A stretch of 64,000 bases of DNA from an uncultured delta proteobacterium. GTDB lineage: Bacteria > Myxococcota > UBA727 > VGSZ01. The stretch covers positions 128,001 to 192,000 of the forward strand of contig CAVZJB010000009.1 of assembly GCA_963775425.1 (NCBI GenBank), in the 5' to 3' direction. The first letter of the stretch is position 1. Each line of letters begins with the position of its first letter. The notes under the pieces are model-generated. The model was given only the letters and a program-made list of their open reading frames with translations. It ran no database searches and was not told where the DNA came from. The position numbers and the translations under genes are program-made. Positions 51,607 through 60,584 of the stretch are shown piece by piece.

Positions 51607-52827
51607 TCACTCGAGGGGCTTGCCGTCGACGACGGCGTAGCTGCCCGGGGCGAGGTCGGCGGGGACCTTTCGCAGCACGCGGTCGGCGTTCACGTACAGC
51701 CGCACGCCGGCGGGGACGGCGCGGCCGGCCGCGATGACGACGTCGGCACCCACGAAGACCTTGGGTCCGAAGGCGACGCCGCAGGGGAGCTCGCCCACCT
51801 CGCGGAGCCCGCCGTCGTCCTCGACGCGCACCGCGCCGCCTACAGCCAGATCCAGCGGTCGCGCGAACGAGGTCAGCGCGCAGCCCTGAGCGATGACGCA
51901 GGCCTGCACGCCGTTGATGCACGCGTCCGTGTCGCCGAAGGTGACGCACGCCGACAGCGACGAATTCAACGACACGAACGTCCGCGGTCCGAGCGAGCAC
52001 CCGCTCACGTGCGCGCGCTGCTCGATGACGCAGCCGTCGCCCAGGACGCTGTTGGTCACGTAGCTGTGCGCGCCCACCGTGACGTCGTCACCGAGCACGC
52101 TCGCCTCCACCGTCGCCGTCGGGTGCACGTACGTCCCCCGGCCGCGGTACGAGAACGCCCGACGCAGCGCGCGCATCCGCCCCGCCCGCGTCGGCCGCAG
52201 CGCCGACAGCCCGCGCAGCGCCGAGCGCACCGGCTGCGACGACGCCCGCTCGAGGAGCGCGACCTGCGGCATCAGGTGACCCGCGCGCAAGACGTGCAAC
52301 CAGTGTCGCACGCGCATCACCACCGTCGACGTCACGGGGAACACCATCGTCGACGACTCCCTCCCGAGGATGTGCCGTGGCACCGGCACCTCGAGGTCGA
52401 GCTGCCGGTAGGGCGGCGCCCGCCAGCGCTCGGCACCGAGCGCAAAGACGTCCTTGATGCGCAGGCTCTGGCCCGCGGGGACGAAGCCGACGTCGTAGCC
52501 CGCCTTCCCCTCGTGCGTGTCGACGTCCTGCAGCGGCGAGAACAGCTCGAGCAGGCGGCTGGGCTCCAGGCACAAGCGCGACAGCTCTCCCGCGGCGGCG
52601 GACGCGAACCCCTCGAGCGCGCGCTTGCTCACGAAGACGTCGTCGCTCCACACGATGGCGGGCCCGGTGACGCCGTCGTCGACGCTCGCCTCCTCGACGG
52701 ACACCTTCTCGTCGCGCAAGACGCGCTCGCGATACGACGCGAACGTCCCGGCGCCGAGGCCGCACGCGTCCACGTCGCAGCCGAAGGGCGCGATGGTCCG
52801 TCCGCGGCGCACGATGACGACCTTCAT
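51607..52827 (-). CDS. Left-handed beta-helix (hexapeptide) transferase-like protein
   Basis: VHPTATVEASVLGDDVTVGAHSYVTNSVLGDGCVI repeats; uncharacterised N-terminal domain. Confidence 0.75.
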   Translation of the reverse strand: MKVVIVRRGRTIAPFGCDVDACGLGAGTFASYRERVLRDEKVSVEEASVDDGVTGPAIVWSDDVFVSKRALEGFASAAAGELSRLCLEPSRLLELFSPLQDVDTHEGKAGYDVGFVPAGQSLRIKDVFALGAERWRAPPYRQLDLEVPVPRHILGRESSTMVFPVTSTVVMRVRHWLHVLRAGHLMPQVALLERASSQPVRSALRGLSALRPTRAGRMRALRRAFSYRGRGTYVHPTATVEASVLGDDVTVGAHSYVTNSVLGDGCVIEQRAHVSGCSLGPRTFVSLNSSLSACVTFGDTDACINGVQACVIAQGCALTSFARPLDLAVGGAVRVEDDGGLREVGELPCGVAFGPKVFVGADVVIAAGRAVPAGVRLYVNADRVLRKVPADLAPGSYAVVDGKPLE

Positions 52828-52871
52828 CGACCGAGCCCCTCCGGGCGGCGAGCGCCCCCCACCGTCGCGCG

Positions 52872-54290
52872 CTACTTCTTGGCGCGCGCCGCGTTCCTGG
52901 CGCGCACCTTCGCCGCTTGGCCTTCCTTGTTCGTCTGCCGCGCGCGCCCGAAGGCCAGGGCGTCGGGCGGCACCTCGTCGGTGATGACCGAGCCCGCGGC
53001 GACGTACGCGCCGCGCTGGATCTCCACGGGGGCCACCAGGGTCGCGTTGCTGCCGATGAAGACCTCGTCGGCGATGACGGTGGGGTGCTTGCCGATGCCG
53101 TCGTAGTTGCAGGTGATGGTGCCGGCGCCGATGTTGACGCCGCGGCCGATGTCGGCGTCGCCGAGGTACGCGAGGTGGTTGGCCTTGCTCCCTTTGCCGA
53201 GCCGCGTCTTCTTCAGCTCCACGAAGTTGCCGACGTGCGCGCCGTCCTCGAGCACCGCGCCCGGCCTCAGCCGCGCGAACGGCCCCACGATGCAGCGCGG
53301 ACCGATGCGAGCGCCGTCGCAGACGCTGTAGGGGTGCACCACCAATCCCTCGTCGACCTGCGTGTCGTGCAGCACGCAGCCCGCGCCGATCTGCGCTCCC
53401 TCGCCGACGGTGGTGTTGCCGGACAACACCGCGTTGGGCCCCACGACGACGTCGTGGTGGAAACGCACGCTGGCGTCGACGTACGCGCTCTTCGGGTCCA
53501 CGAAGGTCACGCCGTCGAGCATGGCGCTGTTGATCACGCGCGCCCGCAAGACCTCGGCGGCCTCGGCGAGCTGGGCGCGGTCGTTGACGCCGAGGGTCTC
53601 GCCCACGGGCACCGCGTACGTCGGCACGCCGCGCCCCTCGGTGCGCGCGAGCGCGACGATGTCCGTGAGGTACAGCTCGCCCTGCGCGTTGTTCGGCTCG
53701 AGCTTGTCGAGCGCGGCGCGGAGGAACGCGGCGTCCACGGCGTAGACGCCCGGGTTGATCTCGTCGACGGCGCGCTCGGCCTCCGAGGCGTCCCTGTGCT
53801 CGACGATGCGTTCGAGGAGGCCGTCGGCGCCGCGCACGATGCGGCCGTAGCCGGTGGGGTCCGGCGCGCGGGCCGTCCACAGCGCCACCGGAGCGCCCGT
53901 TCGCGCGCGCAGGTCCACCAGCCCCGCCAGGTGCTGGCCGGTCAGGAGCGGGCAGTCGCCGTAGACGAGGAGCACCGTGCCGGTGAAGCCCTCGAGGAGC
54001 GGCAGCGCCATCCGCGCCGCGTGCCCGGTGCCCTTGAGCTCGGTCTGGTGCACCGTCTTCACCCGGTTGCCGAAGCGACCGGCCAGCTCCGCGTCCACGA
54101 GGTCGTGCCGGTGGCCGGTGACGACGACGACGGGCGACGCCCCCACGACGAGGACGGACTCCACGGGCCAGGAGACGAGGGGTTTTCCGCACGCCGGGTG
54201 CAGCACCTTGGGGATCGCGCTCTTCATGCGCGTGCCCTTGCCGGCGGCGAGGACGACGGCGGCGACGGGCCCGGACGGGTTGGTGGCCAT
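52872..54290 (-). CDS. glmU: Bifunctional UDP-GlcNAc pyrophosphorylase/glucosamine-1-P acetyltransferase
   Basis: LAAGKGTRMKS..PKVLH, GTGHA, GYGRI, NNAQGELYLTD, GNFVELK, HLAYLGD, CNYDG. Confidence 0.96.
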   Translation of the reverse strand: MATNPSGPVAAVVLAAGKGTRMKSAIPKVLHPACGKPLVSWPVESVLVVGASPVVVVTGHRHDLVDAELAGRFGNRVKTVHQTELKGTGHAARMALPLLEGFTGTVLLVYGDCPLLTGQHLAGLVDLRARTGAPVALWTARAPDPTGYGRIVRGADGLLERIVEHRDASEAERAVDEINPGVYAVDAAFLRAALDKLEPNNAQGELYLTDIVALARTEGRGVPTYAVPVGETLGVNDRAQLAEAAEVLRARVINSAMLDGVTFVDPKSAYVDASVRFHHDVVVGPNAVLSGNTTVGEGAQIGAGCVLHDTQVDEGLVVHPYSVCDGARIGPRCIVGPFARLRPGAVLEDGAHVGNFVELKKTRLGKGSKANHLAYLGDADIGRGVNIGAGTITCNYDGIGKHPTVIADEVFIGSNATLVAPVEIQRGAYVAAGSVITDEVPPDALAFGRARQTNKEGQAAKVRARNAARAKK

Positions 54291-54350
54291 GACGCGCAAC
54301 ATAGGCGGTGATTTGACGCGGGGCCAGACACGCGGAATAACTCCGAGGCG

Positions 54351-55652
54351 ATGGCGTCGATAAGCGGCGACGTGTCCCTGATGCCCATTGGCGATCTGAT
54401 CATCTGGATCGCCAACCGAGCGTTGAGCGGCACGTTCATGGTGAAGAAGCGTGGGGTCGAGTCGCGGTTCGTGATCCGCGACGGCAAGCTGTGGCAGGCG
54501 GCGTCGTTGGATCCGCGCGAGTACCTCGGCCAGCACCTCATCAACTTCGGCTACATCAGCGAAGAGCAGCTCCAGAAGGCGTTCGACACGCAGCAGGAGA
54601 CGCACGTCCCCCTCGGCCGCGTCCTCGTCATGGTCGAGGCGGTGAACCAGGAGCAGCTCGACCGCGTGCTGTTGTTCAAGACGCGCGAGAGCATGCTCGA
54701 GACCATGAGCTGGACCGAGGGCGCCTTCAAGCTCGTCGACGAGGTCCCCGAGACCCGAGAGCTCGACACCACGGTCCCCGTCGACCTCCACGAGGCGCAC
54801 AGCGAGGCGCTCGCCCGGGCCTCGATGTGGAACGAGATCAGGAACGTGTTCCCGTCCGACGCCACGCGCGCCGAGGTGCTCGTCGACGCCGCGCGGCTCA
54901 GCGGCTTCGACAAGAAGCTCGTGATGCTCATGCTGTCCGGCCGCTCCATCGGCGAGGCCAGCCTCGAGCTGCGCTCGATGGACTTCCAGACCTACGCGCG
55001 CCTGTACGACCTCTACAACCGCGGCGCCGTGCGTCCACGGCTGGCGTCGAGCACCGTGCAGACGATGCCCGCGAGCATCCCTGCGCCGCGGGCGGCCACG
55101 CCGATGCCGTTCCGCTCCGACGTCCCGCGCACGAAGACGCCCGAAGGCCAGCGTCCGCCGGCGCAGCCGACGCAGCCGTCGTCGGCGCACGCCCAGGGCG
55201 CGGGGATCGGCGGCTACGTGCTGGTGCGGCCCGAGAAGCCCGAGGAGGCGCCCGGCGTGTTGGTGCCGCCGGAGGCGTCGGACCCGCAGGCGGCGCTGCG
55301 GGTGGCGCTCGCGGGCCGCAGTTGGTCGGATGCCCTGTTGTTGTCCCAGCGCATCCTCGAGCTCGACCCGTTGAACTCCGAGGCCATCGCGGCCTGGCGG
55401 GTCGCCGAGGCGCAGCTCAAGAAGGCGCCCGCCGGCGCCGCGGTGGACATGCGGCAGGTGCCGCGGCTGGCCATGCCGCGCGAGCAGGTCGCGCTCACCC
55501 ACCTCACGTCCAAGGAGCGCTACGTCCTGTCGCGCGTGGACGGTCGTCGGTCCCTCCAGCAGATCGCCGCCGTCAGCCCCATCCAGAAAGACGAGCTCGT
55601 GCGCATCGTCAACGCATTCGTGAGCCGCGCCGTGCTCAAATTCGAATCATGA
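54351..55652 (+). CDS. DUF4388 (PatA_N-like) domain protein
   Basis: ISGDVS.MP..DL..W, LGQHL..G.ISEEQL, W.EG.F; C-terminal LTSKERYVLSRVDG. Confidence 0.8.
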   Translation: MASISGDVSLMPIGDLIIWIANRALSGTFMVKKRGVESRFVIRDGKLWQAASLDPREYLGQHLINFGYISEEQLQKAFDTQQETHVPLGRVLVMVEAVNQEQLDRVLLFKTRESMLETMSWTEGAFKLVDEVPETRELDTTVPVDLHEAHSEALARASMWNEIRNVFPSDATRAEVLVDAARLSGFDKKLVMLMLSGRSIGEASLELRSMDFQTYARLYDLYNRGAVRPRLASSTVQTMPASIPAPRAATPMPFRSDVPRTKTPEGQRPPAQPTQPSSAHAQGAGIGGYVLVRPEKPEEAPGVLVPPEASDPQAALRVALAGRSWSDALLLSQRILELDPLNSEAIAAWRVAEAQLKKAPAGAAVDMRQVPRLAMPREQVALTHLTSKERYVLSRVDGRRSLQQIAAVSPIQKDELVRIVNAFVSRAVLKFES

Positions 55653-56221
55653 GCTCGCGCCTCGCCCTGTCCCTCGCCGTCCTCGGCTGCGCCGCCGCGG
55701 GCTGCGGGATCAACGTGCAGCCCATCGAGGCGTACGACGTCGTCCTCCAGCCCACGCAGGACTGCACGCTCACCGGCTCCACCTCGCGCGACTGCACCGA
55801 TGACGCCGACCTCGCCGCGCAGCAGACCAAGGGGCGCTGGGTGTTCGAGGCCGGGCCGGCGGAGAGCTTCACGCTCACCACGGAGGAGGGCTTCACGCTC
55901 CCGGGCATCTACTTCCCCGACGACGCCACGGTGCTGAACGAGGCGCCTTGCATCGGCACCGACGGCTCGTCGCTCTGCTACTTCGCCCGGCGCAAATTCG
56001 AGTCCAGCGACGACCGCAACAACGGCTGCACGACGTTCGGCGAGCTCGTGGCCATCCTGCTGCGCACCGACGCCGAGACCTTCAGCGGCGTCGTCTCCGA
56101 CACCGCCGGCACCGACCAGAACTGCGGCACCTCCACGGTGGTCCAACGCATCAACGCCGTGAGCGGCAAGCTGTCGGCGGAGCCGTCGCTGGCTCGGCAG
56201 GAAGCGGCGGCGGCACCATGA
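55649..56221 (+). CDS. Cys-patterned lipoprotein, paralog 1
   Basis: AAG-C lipobox; ATGA overlap with upstream stop. Confidence 0.8.
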   Translation: MSSRLALSLAVLGCAAAGCGINVQPIEAYDVVLQPTQDCTLTGSTSRDCTDDADLAAQQTKGRWVFEAGPAESFTLTTEEGFTLPGIYFPDDATVLNEAPCIGTDGSSLCYFARRKFESSDDRNNGCTTFGELVAILLRTDAETFSGVVSDTAGTDQNCGTSTVVQRINAVSGKLSAEPSLARQEAAAAP

Positions 56222-56727
56222 CGAGCACCGCCGTGGAACGCGCCGTCAAGACGGCCTGCGTCGTCGCGGGGCTCGGCTGCGCGCTGGGGGCCGCCGGCTG
56301 CCGCCTCGACCAGTTCAACTTCTACGACGTCACCCGCACGCCCACCGAGGAGTGCGACATCCTGCCCGAGGGCGAGTTCTGCGATCCGGACGCGCTGTCG
56401 CCGCCGACGACGGAGACGTGGTCGGTGGAGCGCGTCGACAATGTCGTGCGCGTGTACGTCGACGAAGAGGTCTGGGTGGCGAGCCCGCCCGGCAACAAGG
56501 ACGACCCGAACCTCGTGAAAGCCTCCAAGCTCGAGGTCGACACGCGCGATCCGGGGGGCTGCACCAACACCATCACGCGCGACTTCCAGGTGCTCGCCAC
56601 CGACGCCGACATCACCGGCCAGCTCCACGAAAAGACGCGCCTCGTCGGCGGGCAGGAGTGCGGCGACACGCCGCGCGGCCTGCGCACCACCGCGCGCATC
56701 GACGGAACCATCGCGGGGGCCCCCTGA
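56218..56727 (+). CDS. Cys-patterned lipoprotein, paralog 2
   Basis: AAG-C lipobox; ATGA overlap. Confidence 0.8.
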   Translation: MTSTAVERAVKTACVVAGLGCALGAAGCRLDQFNFYDVTRTPTEECDILPEGEFCDPDALSPPTTETWSVERVDNVVRVYVDEEVWVASPPGNKDDPNLVKASKLEVDTRDPGGCTNTITRDFQVLATDADITGQLHEKTRLVGGQECGDTPRGLRTTARIDGTIAGAP

Positions 56728-57272
56728 TGCGTGCCCCCACGTGCGTGCCGGCGCTCGCTGCGCTCCTCGTCGGAGGTGGCCTGGCGGGGTGTGGGCCCGA
56801 CAGGATCGACGCCACCTTCACGAGCCGCGTGGTGCAGCACGAGACCTGCAAGACCGTCGGCGACCACCCGCAGGTGTGCACGCGCGAGGAGTCCGTCACC
56901 GACGAGCGCGTCCGCCTCGTCGAGCGCGACGACCAGAACGTCTGGCTGTACGGCATCCCGCGCAACGGGGTCTCCGACCGCGCCATCCTCGGCACGCGTG
57001 ACAGCGCCGGCGGCTACCTCTTCGTGGACCAGGTGGTGCAGGAAAACAGCTCCAGCACCTGCACGCTCACCGACCGCCTCGAGATCTCCATCAGCGTCGA
57101 CCCGGACGCCTCCACCGACAAGATCGGCAGCGACCCGTGCATCTCCCTGCTCGGGCGCGAGAACGAGTCCACGGACAGCTCTCCCGGTTGCGACAACGTC
57201 GACGAGCCCCCGGTGAAGACCGTCCTCGTCGCCAACCGCCGCTGGGAAAAGCCCCTCGACTGCTCCCCGTAG
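56727..57272 (+). CDS. Cys-patterned lipoprotein, paralog 3
   Basis: LAG-C lipobox; TGATG overlap. Confidence 0.8.
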   Translation: MRAPTCVPALAALLVGGGLAGCGPDRIDATFTSRVVQHETCKTVGDHPQVCTREESVTDERVRLVERDDQNVWLYGIPRNGVSDRAILGTRDSAGGYLFVDQVVQENSSSTCTLTDRLEISISVDPDASTDKIGSDPCISLLGRENESTDSSPGCDNVDEPPVKTVLVANRRWEKPLDCSP

Positions 57273-57306
57273 CAGTGTCCGGGCGCCCGTGCCGATCGCC
57301 CGCTGT

Positions 57307-60162
57307 TCAGTCGCCGGAGGCGTCGAGCACGCTCTGCAGGAACGCCTCGGGCGACGAGAAGATCACGTTCGCGCTGCAGGCGGCGTCGCCGCTGAAGGCG
57401 CCGGCGTCGCGCTCGACGGTGAGCACGCCGCCGTCGTAGGCGATGCGGGAGACGCCCGACTGCGCCGCGGCGCCGGCGTCGACGTCGAGCTCCAGGGCCC
57501 ACGGGCCGCCTGCGTCCATCCCGGGGTGATCGAAGGCGTAGCCGGTGTGGATGACGCTCCGGCGCTGGCCGGCGGTGGCGCCGAGATCGGGCACGTCGTC
57601 GAGGAAGTCCACGACCGCGAACGACGTGAACGGCGCGTCGTCGTAGCCGAGGTCCGGCGGCAGGAGCGGATCGGTGAACGCCTCGGTGACCGTCACCCGC
57701 AACGCGCCGGCGTCGCAGGTGCGCTGCTCGACGCGGCGCGAGCGCGAGAGGATGTCCTTGGGGATGGGCATCGAGCGCACGAGGGCGGGCACGCGCACCG
57801 TGGACGGCTCGCTGGTGCGCGCCTGCTTGATCACCACGCGCGAGCCCCACACGTTGCCGTTCGCGAGCTCGGGCCATCCGTCGGCGACCTCGCGCAGCTC
57901 GAAGTTGATGGTGAGCTCCCGGCGCTGCTGCGCGAGCGGCAGCGCGGCGTTCTCGATGCCCTTCCAGTACTCCGCCACCTGCCGGGTCTCGTCGAAGACG
58001 CGCGCGAGCTGATCGTCGGTCAACACCCACGAGCCCTCGGGCAGGAGCGTGGAGCCGCGCACGCGGGTGAGGGCGGTGGTGCCGTCGTCGTGGAGCACGA
58101 TGCGATCGACCTCGGGGAGGTTCGGATCGCCGGCCGGCGGGTTGGTGACGCTGAGCGCGCCCTCCTGGGCGTTCACCTCGAGGACGGCGGCGCCGTCGGG
58201 GTGTCCGGGCGGCAGGATGGTGTAGAGCATCACGCCGTTTCCGATCTCCTTCGAGTCCTGGAAGTTGGCGTGGCACGCGCAGCCCATGGCGCCCGAGAGG
58301 TGGTCGACGTTGGCGAGCTTCCGCTCTTCGAAGCCCTCGACGTCCCAGTACGACGCCCACGTCTCCTTCACGGCGTGCTCGATGGTCTTTTCGTGCTTGC
58401 CGCCGCTCAAGCGGTCCGCGTGGAGGTAGCCGGTGTTGGAGGTGTAGAGCCCGGCGCCGTTGAAGCCCTCGGCGTCCTCGACGTTCGATGACGAGCGGAA
58501 GCGGATGCCCTGCCCGTCGGCGTAGCCGCCGAAGTGATCCTCGACCATGGCGGTGATGGCGGCGAGCGCAACCGGATCCATGGGCTTGTTGCGGATGAGC
58601 CCCATGATGCCGCCCTGCTCGATGACGGTGCGCAGCAGGTCGTCGGGCGCGCGTGAGTCGAGGAGCTGCTGCGGGAAGTCCGGGCGCTCGGGGTGGCGTG
58701 TGTTCCAGCCGTCGACGCCTTCGAGGCCGAGGACGCGCACGTTGGCGTCGGCGGCGAATTGCGGGTCGGCGAGCACGGCCTCGATGGTGGGCTTGAGATC
58801 GGCGATGTGCTCGACGTAGCCGCGCACGGAGACGGCGAAGGGTCGGTCGGGCGTGTCGATGTCCTCCTGGTCGAGGAGCGCGAGGAAGCCGCTGGCCTTG
58901 CCGCCGAGGATCGGGCGCCAGTGCGCCTCGTCGGCGAAGTCGAGGTCGGTGAGGTCGTAGGCGTAGTCGATGGTGCTGACGTCGACGGGCGGCGCGGAGC
59001 TCGGCGGCACCACGCTGAGCGCGCGGTATTGGGCGAACTGCGCCTCCGTCATGGCGACGAGCCGCAAGCGATCCGGCGCGAGCGCCTCGAGGACCACCGG
59101 GGCGCGCACGCGCGCGAGCTGGTCGAGCCCCGGGTCGTCGAGGATGCCGGCCTGGAAGGCGTTGGGGATGCCGCGGTTCTTGGCGAGCAGGTTGATGTGC
59201 GACAGCGCCGTCTGCGGGACGGCGGTGACGAGGCCCGTGCACTGCGGCAGGAAGTCGACGAGGTCTTCGCTGACGAGCACGTCGGTGGAGCGCGCGTCCT
59301 GGAAGTTCTCGCCGGCGTGGACCACGCGCAGCCGGCCGGCGACGAGGCCGTCGTTGTAGACCTCCGTCTGCCCGGGGACGGTGACGTCGCTGTAGTGGAT
59401 GAAGCGGGCCGCGAGCGGATCACCGTCGGCGACGAGCTGCTGCAGGAGCTCCTCGTGCTGCGGCGAGCGCACGAGCATCTTGAGGTTGTCGCCGACCTCG
59501 GGCGGGAGCGAGGGCTCGACCATCGCGAACATGTCGACGAGCTCGGCCTTGCTCAAGACGTGCTGGTACTCGAGCTCGATGGCCCAGGTCTCCGGGACCG
59601 TGTCGCGCGCGTCGAAGTGAAGCACGGTGCCGATGCCCATGGTCTTCGGCGTGTCGAACAACGAGAGGTTGTAGAAGTGCGGCGAGTAGAGCCGGTGGTC
59701 GCCGACGAACGCCAGGTCGAGCGGCAGGGGGCGCTGCGCGATGACCTCGCCGTCGGCCCACGACACGATGTCGGCGACGCTCGCGAAGGAGCGGCCGACG
59801 TTCACCGGCGCGATGTCGTCGACGCCGTCGACGACGTGGCCGTTCATGAGGCGAAACCAGTACCACTCGTCGTGCAGGCCGTACGCGTCGGAGGCGAGCC
59901 AGCGCAGGTTCTCACCGGGCTGCATGAAGCGCGTGATGACGAACTTCACCGCGGTGCTCGACGCCGACGGCGCCGCCACGGCCTCGAAGTCGTCGAAGGT
60001 GGCGAGCGCGCGAACGGTGTGATCGTCGAAGCCGTCGCCCTCGCCTTCCCCCTCGCCCTCGCCCTCGCCTTCGCCCGGGTGCGTGCCCGGGCAGGCCATG
60101 AGACCTGCAGGCAGCAGCAGCAGCAGGGCCAAGCCCCCGATCTTCTTCACGACACCCATCAT
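57307..60162 (-). CDS. Lipoprotein with PEP-utilising phospho-His domain and PEP-synthase/PPDK ATP-grasp domain
   Basis: LMA-C lipobox, (GE)n linker, QTALSHINLLAKNRGIPN, LGGKASGF, IRFRSSSNVED..GFNGAGLYTS. Confidence 0.82.
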   Translation of the reverse strand: MMGVVKKIGGLALLLLLPAGLMACPGTHPGEGEGEGEGEGEGDGFDDHTVRALATFDDFEAVAAPSASSTAVKFVITRFMQPGENLRWLASDAYGLHDEWYWFRLMNGHVVDGVDDIAPVNVGRSFASVADIVSWADGEVIAQRPLPLDLAFVGDHRLYSPHFYNLSLFDTPKTMGIGTVLHFDARDTVPETWAIELEYQHVLSKAELVDMFAMVEPSLPPEVGDNLKMLVRSPQHEELLQQLVADGDPLAARFIHYSDVTVPGQTEVYNDGLVAGRLRVVHAGENFQDARSTDVLVSEDLVDFLPQCTGLVTAVPQTALSHINLLAKNRGIPNAFQAGILDDPGLDQLARVRAPVVLEALAPDRLRLVAMTEAQFAQYRALSVVPPSSAPPVDVSTIDYAYDLTDLDFADEAHWRPILGGKASGFLALLDQEDIDTPDRPFAVSVRGYVEHIADLKPTIEAVLADPQFAADANVRVLGLEGVDGWNTRHPERPDFPQQLLDSRAPDDLLRTVIEQGGIMGLIRNKPMDPVALAAITAMVEDHFGGYADGQGIRFRSSSNVEDAEGFNGAGLYTSNTGYLHADRLSGGKHEKTIEHAVKETWASYWDVEGFEERKLANVDHLSGAMGCACHANFQDSKEIGNGVMLYTILPPGHPDGAAVLEVNAQEGALSVTNPPAGDPNLPEVDRIVLHDDGTTALTRVRGSTLLPEGSWVLTDDQLARVFDETRQVAEYWKGIENAALPLAQQRRELTINFELREVADGWPELANGNVWGSRVVIKQARTSEPSTVRVPALVRSMPIPKDILSRSRRVEQRTCDAGALRVTVTEAFTDPLLPPDLGYDDAPFTSFAVVDFLDDVPDLGATAGQRRSVIHTGYAFDHPGMDAGGPWALELDVDAGAAAQSGVSRIAYDGGVLTVERDAGAFSGDAACSANVIFSSPEAFLQSVLDASGD

Positions 60163-60249
60163 GACCCCGCCGGTGTGCAGCCGCCATGCCCGAGCGATCG
60201 GACCGAGCCACGCCGCGTAACGTGATCCATCGGGATCCGCGTCATCGAG

Positions 60250-60584
60250 TGGACCGTTGATCCGAGCCACCCGGAAGCGGACGGTGCTACGGCCACACGG
60301 CGGAGCGGAAAGGAGCTCCGAGCTCGGCGACGAAGACGCGCGCCGAGTTGAGCGCCGGGGCGCCGAGCTCTCCGCTCCTTTCCGCTCGCCTGAAGTCCGC
60401 GCCGACGTCGCATCGAGGCACGAACCCTGTACGTGCGCTGATAGCGGGATCACAACACCGCTCGGACCCGCCGTTTCCTCACAACCTGCAGCGGTTCTTG
60501 CGCGCCGACGTGCCTCGCCACGTACTCCGCGCGGCGAGCCACCCTTCGCCGAGTGCTGCTGCGAGCCTTATTTTTCGTCAGCCT
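60250..60584. mobile_element. MITE-like dispersed repeat, copy B (longer, opposite orientation)
   Basis: Shares blocks with 51291-51515; internal 14-bp inverted repeat 60303-60316/60374-60387; abuts the TGA of the 60585 gene. Confidence 0.75.

Noticed and set aside
60030-60075. (GE)n coding repeats here and at about 61030-61075 as a mobile or regulatory repeat
   Set aside because: They are in-frame low-complexity linkers with synonymous variation inside lipoproteins
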